IMG/VR virus record: IMGVR_UViG_3300024046_000025
Coordinates: 13,511 to 77,510 of that record
DNA from: a virus
Taxonomy: Duplodnaviria; Caudoviricetes
Strand: one strand, 5' to 3'
Length of the DNA stretch: 64,000 nucleotides
How positions within the stretch are numbered: position 1 is the stretch's first letter; every line of letters begins with the position of its first letter. The translations under genes were made by a program, and so were the position numbers. The notes beneath the pieces were generated by a model. That model saw nothing but the letters and a program-made list of their open reading frames with translations, was not told the origin of the DNA and did no database searches. Shown piece after piece: positions 18,017-24,627 of this stretch.

Positions 18017-18637
18017 TCATGCCACCTTCTCCTTCTGGTAGTCAGAAAGAATAGGTCCTGCCAGCCGGCCAAAGCGCCGCGCTCCGGCCAATGCTGCTTC
18101 CGTCACATCGAAATAAGCCGGAAGCCAGGCCTCTCCGCCAATATCAATGGCGTCGCCGTGAATATGGACCTGCCATCCCATGCGCCTCCAGATCGCCAGC
18201 CATTTCGCGTCCTGAATGCCACCGACCTGGCGGTATCCATTGGCTAAGCAGTATTCCATCACGGCGGCGCAGCACTGGGCCTTGAGAACGAGCCCCCCGC
18301 CTTCGCGGCGGTGAGCCACGACGAAACCGCGCGTCCATTCGACTATGCGGGGATCGCGCGGCATAGGCAGAAGGTTGCACGTATCCGGGAAAACCTCGCT
18401 CAGCATGTGGGGCAGGTGGGTTGGCACCAGTCGGGATCCGGCCACAAGCTCACTGCCATCAATGACCAACAGATAAGCTGCATGGGCAGTATCGAATTGG
18501 TCGACCTCCAAATTGTCAGGGGATGGAGGCACCCATCCTAGCTCCTCCGCATAAACTTTGTGGCGAGCCCGGTAGAAATGCTCGAGCTCCAGTTGAAAGA
18601 GATGTTCGTTCGTACGCGTAACGAAGTTAAATTGCAT
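18017..18637 (-). CDS. luxI: Acyl-homoserine-lactone synthase (LuxI family)
   Basis: Conserved RARHKVY..E.GW, EVDQFD, SRLVPT, EWTR residues; GGAGG RBS before ATG 18637. Confidence 0.92.
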   Translation of the reverse strand: MQFNFVTRTNEHLFQLELEHFYRARHKVYAEELGWVPPSPDNLEVDQFDTAHAAYLLVIDGSELVAGSRLVPTHLPHMLSEVFPDTCNLLPMPRDPRIVEWTRGFVVAHRREGGGLVLKAQCCAAVMEYCLANGYRQVGGIQDAKWLAIWRRMGWQVHIHGDAIDIGGEAWLPAYFDVTEAALAGARRFGRLAGPILSDYQKEKVA

Positions 18638-18692
18638 CTCACCCTCCAAGCGTTAACGGAGGGAAGGTGCAATTGCGTCTAGATCCTTTCCT

Positions 18693-18710
18693 ATTGTCCT
18701 TCGGGACGGT
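18693..18710. promoter_or_regulatory. lux-box-like imperfect palindrome upstream of luxI
   Basis: ATTGTCCTTCGGGACGGT (GTCC-N4-GGAC core), ~65 bp upstream of the luxI start. Confidence 0.6.
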
Positions 18711-18767
18711 TGTCAGGCCGAATCATCGGAGAAATATAAGAGAGTGCAGCTAGTTAGGGTGCGATGC

Positions 18768-19493
18768 TCATAGGATAATTTGGCGTGATCTGATTGCTTT
18801 GGCGACGGCGTGCGTTGTGGTTGTGGCGTTCAGTTTCACCCTGGCATGGGCGAGGTGTTCCTTCACCGTTCGTTCGGAGAGCATCAGGATATCTCCCACA
18901 TCAAGGTGGGATTTCCCGTTGGCTACCCACCGCAGGACCTCCCGTTCTCGCTCAGTCAATCGTGCAATAGCGGTTACATTGTCATCGTGGATTTCCACAG
19001 CGCGCATTTCCGCATGCAGGCAGATCAGATGTAACATTTCGCGCCCAAGCGTATCGAGCTCCACCGGCCTGTCAGTCGCTAAGGAAACAACTGCCTGCAC
19101 GCTTGAGGGGTCGCCCATCGGAAAGCCGATGCCATCAGCCAAGCCTAGGCCAGAAGCTTCGCTGGCGATCTGCGAGGCAACCCGTGTTCTTCGGCTTCCT
19201 TTCCGTGCCTCTTTCCAAGAGAAGGGGCGCGTCCGCGTCAGAGAGAAAAGGCTGACGGGGTCATGCCAAAAATATTGGCCTTGGCGGTATCGGGTTAGCC
19301 AAGCCTCTGGCCAGGTATGCGCAATAATATACGGCTCTGCATCTTCTCCCAAGGAAGGGAGCCGTGTCATCATGAAGTAGTCAAAACCAATGTTTTTTAA
19401 TGTGGTCGAGAAATCAACAATTAGCTCATGGAAAATTTTATGTTGATCGCAGCGGTCAATAAATGCCATTGCCTGGCAGACGATCTCCTGCAT
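18768..19493 (-). CDS. luxR: LuxR-family quorum-sensing regulator (autoinducer-binding domain + HTH)
   Basis: W(PEAW)..Y, DP, W, G signature residues of the AHL pocket; C-terminal LTEREREVLRWVANGKS...SERTVKEHL; GGAGGAGG RBS. Confidence 0.93.
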   Translation of the reverse strand: MQEIVCQAMAFIDRCDQHKIFHELIVDFSTTLKNIGFDYFMMTRLPSLGEDAEPYIIAHTWPEAWLTRYRQGQYFWHDPVSLFSLTRTRPFSWKEARKGSRRTRVASQIASEASGLGLADGIGFPMGDPSSVQAVVSLATDRPVELDTLGREMLHLICLHAEMRAVEIHDDNVTAIARLTEREREVLRWVANGKSHLDVGDILMLSERTVKEHLAHARVKLNATTTTHAVAKAIRSRQIIL

Positions 19494-19668
19494 TCCCTCC
19501 TCCGCAATCTTGCCTGCGAATTAATACTAATTACTTATAAAGAATGTCAGTAGGAAAATTACGAATTGTCCATAAGTGGGGTTGCTGTTAGCCACCTTGC
19601 CAACTAAATGGCGATTTGTTTCCGTATTGGAAACCGCATTCTGAGCAATGGGAGGCTGCTCCCGTTAG

Positions 19669-19980
19669 ATGGTATTAGGAAGGGTGACGCCCGATAATCT
19701 CATGATCGCAGATTTGAGCTACAAAAAAACTCCGGCGTCAGATGATGTTGTTGTTGAGCTATTTTGGCAGCGCGGCACTAGGATGGGGCAGGTAAAATTG
19801 CCTCCTTGCTTGGAGCAAAGTGTAGCTGAGAATGGTTTGCCTAATCTCACGCCGCTGCCTGTTATTTCAGCCGTGGCCTACGCAATGGTGCTAGCAGCTC
19901 AGACACGTCGCAGCCTGACGCTTTCTGGTGATGACCAAGTGTGGCCACTGGAGTGGGGTAGCCTGGTCCGCGTCCACTAG
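19669..19980 (+). CDS. Hypothetical protein divergent from luxR, 103 aa
   Basis: Only sizeable ORF in the interval; AT-richer codon usage like the lux genes; start uncertain. Confidence 0.5.
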   Translation: MVLGRVTPDNLMIADLSYKKTPASDDVVVELFWQRGTRMGQVKLPPCLEQSVAENGLPNLTPLPVISAVAYAMVLAAQTRRSLTLSGDDQVWPLEWGSLVRVH

Positions 19981-20005
19981 TGGGAAGGCAGCGCCAAATC
20001 GTGAA

Positions 20006-20027
20006 TTGACGTGTTCCATTTTTGTTC
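20006..20027 (+). promoter_or_regulatory. TTGACG -35 element with adjacent alphaproteobacterial LexA (SOS) box
   Basis: GTTC-CATTTTT-GTTC at 20013-20027, an exact GTTC-N7-GTTC, 30 bp before ORF 20057. Confidence 0.75.
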
Positions 20028-20056
20028 TCATTTCTACTCGCCTGTGGAGGTGAGAA

Positions 20057-20263
20057 ATGTCAGAGCAAAAATCCGGCGGCATCGATGGTGCCCATAACTA
20101 TCCCATGGATGCGGCAGACGGGATGCGGAAAATGCTGGAATACAAGGCGGAGATGCGACGGCAGCATGACGAACGGATTGCCGAGCGCAAGGCCCAACGT
20201 GAGGCCGCGAGAAAAGCCGCCAAGCAGGTTCCGCCAGTCGAGTATCCTTGGATGAAGGAATAG
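20057..20263 (+). CDS. Small charged helical protein, 68 aa (SOS-inducible candidate)
   Basis: GGAGG RBS; E/R/K/A-rich helix; directly downstream of the LexA box. Confidence 0.7.
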   Translation: MSEQKSGGIDGAHNYPMDAADGMRKMLEYKAEMRRQHDERIAERKAQREAARKAAKQVPPVEYPWMKE

Positions 20264-20264
20264 G

Positions 20265-20510
20265 GTGCGCCCGACACCAGCCGATTCTCCCTATGAAGAT
20301 CGTTCCATGACTACCGAACTCGTTCCTTCCGGTCCCGACATCACCCGCGACGGCAAGTCTGTCACGCCTTTGGCTTCCCTGTATCGCTGTGAGGGTTGCG
20401 GCTATGTCGGGGCGCCCTTCGGCTACAAGCGCGGCGATGAAGTGGTGAGTTATTGTGGCTGGGACGGCCATAAGCCGATCTGCGTGGGGAAGGGTAAGGC
20501 GGAGCGGTAA
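20265..20510 (+). CDS. Small Cys-rich (CxxC) phage-like protein, 67-81 aa
   Basis: RCEGCGYVGAPFG and two further Cys; starts 1 nt after the previous stop (GTG 20265; alternative ATG 20307). Confidence 0.55.
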   Translation: MRPTPADSPYEDRSMTTELVPSGPDITRDGKSVTPLASLYRCEGCGYVGAPFGYKRGDEVVSYCGWDGHKPICVGKGKAER

Positions 20511-20580
20511 GGGTGAGAACCAGGCGCCGCGGAACATGCTAGCAACATGCTGTACCGACTTTGTACGCACCTCCCTGCCA

Positions 20581-20606
20581 GTTCTGATTCTGTTCTTGCA
20601 TCGTTC
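20581..20606. promoter_or_regulatory. Triple GTTC array forming two overlapping LexA-box matches
   Basis: GTTC-TGATTCT-GTTC-TTGCATC-GTTC. Confidence 0.55.
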
Positions 20607-20665
20607 TGCAAGGTTTGGTGAGGATGATAGGGGTGGGGAAATCTCCCCCGGCGGCGACAAAGCCC

Positions 20666-20695
20666 TTGCCTTATGGCCTCATTGCCCTGTATCAG
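20666..20695 (+). promoter_or_regulatory. Putative sigma70 promoter of the tRNA gene
   Basis: TTGCCT-N18-TATCAG, 9 bp before the tRNA 5' end. Confidence 0.45.
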
Positions 20696-20704
20696 ACCCA
20701 CGCC

Positions 20705-20797
20705 GGAGAGGTGGCCGAGTGGTCGAAGGCACGCCCCTGCTAAGGGCGCAGATGGTGATGAACTGTCTCGAGGGTTCGAATCCCTTCCTCTCCGCCA
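20705..20797 (+). tRNA. tRNA-Ser(GCT): tRNA-Ser, anticodon GCT
   Basis: Acceptor GGAGAGG/CCTCTCC + GCCA; anticodon arm CGCCC-CTGCTAA-GGGCG; long variable arm; T arm GAGGG-TTCGAAT-CCCTT. Confidence 0.97.
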
Positions 20798-20819
20798 CTT
20801 TCAAGTTGCGAACCTGCCA

Positions 20820-20850
20820 AGAGGCCCCAGTGCGGGGCTTTTTTCTTTTT
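20820..20850 (+). terminator. Rho-independent terminator after tRNA
   Basis: AGGCCCC-AGTGC-GGGGCTT followed by a long T tract. Confidence 0.85.
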
Positions 20851-21178
20851 ATCTCAAAGGAGTTTGGCGGCTGGGTCCGCCCTGCGGAGACTGCTGTCAC
20901 GGCCGATATTGGTCTCTGAACGGCCCACGTCTCTCTTCGAGCGCCCTGCCGGGAAATCAGGGCGGCATCGAAATTCGTCGGGTTTTCAGTCAATTGAGCA
21001 AGCACTCATGCTGGCAAGTTGTCGCGTATATGAGCGCCAGGCTGACGCACGGAGACACTCGGGGGCGGCGAAGCTCTGCGGCTCGATGCGCGGACGTGCG
21101 TGCTCATAAGGGCTGGCTGTTGGCGGTGCATCGGAAGTCTCTGATGACAAAAGGACTTCTCCCCTCTAGCCTGGCGCG

Positions 21179-22015
21179 ATGTCGAACGGGCCCTGGACGG
21201 ATGAAGAGAACGACCTGATCGTCGCGGATTACTTCGCGATGCTCGCCGACGACATTGCCGAGCGCCGATACAGCAAGACGGAGCATCGCCGAGCACTCCT
21301 GCCACTGCTGAATGACCGGTCCGAGGGTTCGGTCGAGTTCAAGCACCAGAACATCAGCGCGGTGCTGAAGGGGCTCGGCGAGGACTGGATTCCTGGCTAC
21401 AAGCCGGCGTTCAATTTCCAGATGACGCTGGTCGATGCGGTGGCGCGCTGGCTCGCGCTCCATCCCGACTGGCTCGGCCGGATGCCGGGCATGCGTCCGG
21501 TCACCGGCTTACAGGAGGCCACGCGGCTCTGGATCGGCCCACCCCCTACGTTGTCCAACCAGCCACCGCCGCAGGAGCTGGAGCAGATGCTGCATATCGC
21601 CCGCAAATTCGATGTCGCGGGCCGGGACGAGCGAAACCGCGCGCTCGGTCGCGCGGGCGAGGAATGTGTGCTGGCGCATGAGCAGGCTTCGCTTCAGGCC
21701 GTGGGGCGCGAGGATCTGGCGCGGAAGGTCCGCTGGGTATCGGAAGAGGATGGCGACGGCGCAGGTTATGATATCAAGAGCTTCGCACCGGATGGGCGGT
21801 CCCGCCTGATCGAGGTGAAGACGACGAACGGATGGGAGCGCACGCCGTTCCTGATCACTCGCAACGAACTGGCCGTGGCCGAGGAACGCCGGTCGGAATG
21901 GCGCCTGTTCCGGCTATGGAACTTCTCGCGCGAGCCGAAGGCCTTCGAGCTTCACCCGCCGCTCGATGCCCATGTTGCTCTCACCGCGACGACGTTTCAG
22001 GCGAGCTTTCACTGA
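21179..22015 (+). CDS. DUF3883-domain PD-(D/E)XK nuclease-like protein
   Basis: C-terminal GAGYDIKSF...RLIEVKTT...FLITRNE; N-terminal WTDEENDLIVADYFAML helical domain. Confidence 0.8.
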   Translation: MSNGPWTDEENDLIVADYFAMLADDIAERRYSKTEHRRALLPLLNDRSEGSVEFKHQNISAVLKGLGEDWIPGYKPAFNFQMTLVDAVARWLALHPDWLGRMPGMRPVTGLQEATRLWIGPPPTLSNQPPPQELEQMLHIARKFDVAGRDERNRALGRAGEECVLAHEQASLQAVGREDLARKVRWVSEEDGDGAGYDIKSFAPDGRSRLIEVKTTNGWERTPFLITRNELAVAEERRSEWRLFRLWNFSREPKAFELHPPLDAHVALTATTFQASFH

Positions 22016-22018
22016 CGA

Positions 22019-22402
22019 TCAGCCGAACACCTTATTGGCTTGCTCCGGCCACGGCGCGGCCGTTGCTTCGACGAGGGACATGAGGCTGACCGCCGGAGAC
22101 TCCCGGCCGCAGGTCAGGCGTTTGAGGACGGTGGGCGACAGATAGGCCAATCGCAACTGGCGACTGACATGCCGCTCTGCCAGACCGACAGCCTTGGCGA
22201 GATCATGGACCGTGGCGAACTCTCCGGCTTCCATGCGGCGGCGCCAACTCCACGCCCGGCCGATGGCGCGCAGGACGTGAGGATCGGGAGTACGGTCCTC
22301 GCTCGGGCGATAATCCACCGGCGGCAGGAGCTTCGGCCGCCCGTTCTTCTTTCGCACTTTCAACGGGATCAGCACCCTGATCGTGTCATTGGCTTGCGTC
22401 AT
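22019..22402 (-). CDS. Recombinase-associated hypothetical protein with HTH-like segment, 127 aa
   Basis: Coupled to the recombinase (TAATG); TVHDLAKAVGLAERHVSRQLRLAYLSP. Confidence 0.7.
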   Translation of the reverse strand: MTQANDTIRVLIPLKVRKKNGRPKLLPPVDYRPSEDRTPDPHVLRAIGRAWSWRRRMEAGEFATVHDLAKAVGLAERHVSRQLRLAYLSPTVLKRLTCGRESPAVSLMSLVEATAAPWPEQANKVFG

Positions 22403-23718
22403 TACTCCGCAGCCTCCATGCGAGCGGGTGCGATCATCTCGCGGATGACCCCACCGATGCCGTCGGCCCGGACATCGACCGCGAGCCCGTCAGCGGTCAC
22501 GGTGACGCGCCGGACGAGCAACTGAATGATCCGCGCTTGTTCCGCAGGAAAGAGCTGGTTCCAGAGCGCACCGAAATCGTTCAACGCAGCGATGACCTCG
22601 GCTTCTCGAACCTGCGGGCCATCCTGCTGCAAGGCGGCGAGAACCTTCGTCACCACCTCGGGCGTCTGCACGATACGACGGACTTCCGTCACCACCGCGT
22701 CCTCGACCATGCCCGCCGGAAGCCGCGACGGCACTTCGGATTCGCCACCCTCGCGGTTCCGGATCACATCCATCGAGACATAGTAGCGGTAGAGCTTGGT
22801 TCCCTTGCGCGTGGCCGTCGGCGTCATGGCTGCGCCGGTTTCGCTGAAGATCAGGCCCTTGAGCAGTGCAGGCGTCTGCATCCGGCTGTTGTTCGCACGC
22901 TTGCGCGGGCTCTCCTGCAAAATGGCGTGGACGTGGTTCCAGAGCTCGGCGTCGATGATGGCTGCATGCTCGCCGGGATATGCCTTCCCTTTGTGGACGG
23001 CTTCACCTCGATACACGCGGTTATTCAGCAAACGGTAGAGGTAGCCCTTGTCGACCAGCGTCCCTTGCTTGTTTCGGAACCCCTGCGCACGCAGTTCGCG
23101 GGCCAGCGTCGTCGCCGAACCGAGTTCGATGAAGCGTTCGAAGATGCGGCGCACAGCGGCAGCCTCGGCCGCGTTGGCCACCAGCTTGCGATCCTGAACA
23201 TCGTAGCCGAAAGGCACATAGCCGCCCATCCAGATCCCGCGCTTCCGGGATGCCGCCACCTTGTCGCGGATCCGCTCGCCTATCACCTCGCGCTCGAACT
23301 GGGCGAAGCTGAGCAGGATGTTCAGCGTGAGCCGTCCCATGGACGTGGTGGTGTTGAATGATTGCGTGACGCTCACAAACGTCACTTCGTTCCGGTCGAA
23401 CACCTCGACCAACTTCGAGAAATCCATCAGCGAGCGCGAGAGCCGGTCGATCTTGTAGACGACCACGACGTCGATAAGTCCGTCCTCGATGTCGGCGAGC
23501 AGCCGCTTCAGCCCCGGGCGGTCGAGTGTGCCGCCGGAGAAGCCGCCGTCATCATATCGCTCCCGGATCGTGGCCCAGCCTTCCGACCTCTGGCTGGCGA
23601 CATAGGCCTCGCAGGATTCGCGCTGGGCATCGAGGCTGTTGAATTCCATGTCGAGTCCTTCCTCGCTCGACTTCCGGGCATAGATGGCGCAACGAAGGCG
23701 GCGTTTCGGGTTGACCAT
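22402..23718 (-). CDS. Large serine recombinase (integrase candidate)
   Basis: CAIYARKSS catalytic motif, VVYKIDRLSRS, SMGRLTLNILLSFAQFEREVI, followed by a recombinase domain. Confidence 0.93.
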   Translation of the reverse strand: MVNPKRRLRCAIYARKSSEEGLDMEFNSLDAQRESCEAYVASQRSEGWATIRERYDDGGFSGGTLDRPGLKRLLADIEDGLIDVVVVYKIDRLSRSLMDFSKLVEVFDRNEVTFVSVTQSFNTTTSMGRLTLNILLSFAQFEREVIGERIRDKVAASRKRGIWMGGYVPFGYDVQDRKLVANAAEAAAVRRIFERFIELGSATTLARELRAQGFRNKQGTLVDKGYLYRLLNNRVYRGEAVHKGKAYPGEHAAIIDAELWNHVHAILQESPRKRANNSRMQTPALLKGLIFSETGAAMTPTATRKGTKLYRYYVSMDVIRNREGGESEVPSRLPAGMVEDAVVTEVRRIVQTPEVVTKVLAALQQDGPQVREAEVIAALNDFGALWNQLFPAEQARIIQLLVRRVTVTADGLAVDVRADGIGGVIREMIAPARMEAAE

Positions 23719-23726
23719 GCCCTCCA

Positions 23727-24221
23727 TCAGGCACCCTCCCGCTCACGCAGGCCGAAGAAGCGGTAACCATTCCAGCGGGTGCCGGTGATCTCCCGAGCCA
23801 CGGCAGAAAGAGAGCGGAACCTGCGGCCCTGCCATTCGAAGCCGTCGTTCATGACCGTCACGGTGTGCTCGATCCCGTTCCATTCACGAACGAGTCGGGT
23901 TCCCGCGACAGGATTGCGCGGATCGGCGATCTGGTTCTTGCCGCGTCCGATACCTTCCACCTCGTCCGCCAGCAGGTCGAGCATTCGCCTGGTGTCACGG
24001 TCGGGGCCGCCGTAGGCCAGCTCCTGGATGCGATGACCGATGCGCAGTTCGAGAAAGGCACGGCTGTTGTTCGGAGACGTCCCGCCGAACAGAGCCTGCC
24101 AATCGATCTTCAGTTCCTTCACCGATTTGGACTTCAGCGCCGTCAGCCGGGCGAGCACCGTTCGGTCGACCTCGGCGCTCATGCCGGGGGTCTGCGCCAC
24201 CATCCTCTTGTCATGCTTCAT
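23727..24221 (-). CDS. DUF2924 family protein
   Basis: GTRLVREWNG...F.WQG...SLSAVAREITGTRWNG.RFFGL; GGAGG RBS before ATG 24221. Confidence 0.85.
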   Translation of the reverse strand: MKHDKRMVAQTPGMSAEVDRTVLARLTALKSKSVKELKIDWQALFGGTSPNNSRAFLELRIGHRIQELAYGGPDRDTRRMLDLLADEVEGIGRGKNQIADPRNPVAGTRLVREWNGIEHTVTVMNDGFEWQGRRFRSLSAVAREITGTRWNGYRFFGLREREGA

Positions 24222-24453
24222 GAATTCCTCCGATGCGGATGCGTTTTCCGCGACGAGCACCGCTCTTTCGGGGGCGGAAGTCCACAAAACAGTCTCCGGG
24301 TTCGGCAGATAAAGAACTTGCCTTCCCTGCTTCGAGCCGAACCACGCCGGCGGCCAGAATCCGACCGATCTCGGCGAGTCGGTCCCCCGGTGACATGCGC
24401 TCCGGACTCAAGGGATTTGTGCCCGCGAGTGGGCTGTCGAAATGGCTGGACAT
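24211..24453 (-). CDS. Small hypothetical protein of the recombinase module, 80 aa
   Basis: NPLSPERMSPGDRLAEIGRILAAG; overlaps the DUF2924 start. Confidence 0.65.
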   Translation of the reverse strand: MSSHFDSPLAGTNPLSPERMSPGDRLAEIGRILAAGVVRLEAGKASSLSAEPGDCFVDFRPRKSGARRGKRIRIGGIHEA

Positions 24454-24627
24454 GGTGATGGTTCGCGATCTGGGTGCTGCCCAAACCGTATCGCGAAATC
24501 AGAAAAATACAAGAATTTCAATGGATTGTGGACATTCGACGCTGCTTCGCACGCCCGCGAAAATCTGCGCGACGTGGATCTTGCGAGAACCATCCCAACG
24601 AGCAGGGCAATCAGGGATCCCGGCGAA

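Larger units (their letters stand above)
1..20580 (+). mobile_element. Prophage 1: late region of a P22-like podovirus-type temperate phage (left part outside window; right boundary approximate)
   Basis: Co-oriented terminase-portal-scaffold-coat-tail machine-ejection-fibre-lysis gene order, no tape measure or tail tube. Phage-like small ORFs continue to 20510. Confidence 0.85.

Noticed and set aside
19500-19560. CtrA box in the AT-rich luxR promoter
   Set aside because: TTAA is present but the second half-site at N7 spacing reads TACT; no full TTAA-N7-TTAA match.
20616-20632. TGGTGAGGATGATAGGG, which reads like a tRNA 3' end (…CACCA) on the minus strand and could be an att core
   Set aside because: No T-loop (TTCGA) next to it and no match to the neighbouring tRNA-Ser; cannot be supported without the other prophage junction.
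20034-20660. 208-aa minus-strand ORF that would start beside the triple GTTC array
   Set aside because: It overlaps two better-supported + strand ORFs antisense, has no RBS or motif, and is likely a shadow frame.
20900-21145. Short repeats (GTCTCT three times; TATGAGC/GCTCATA inverted pair) as serine-recombinase att site
   Set aside because: Too short and too widely spaced to distinguish from chance without the partner junction.
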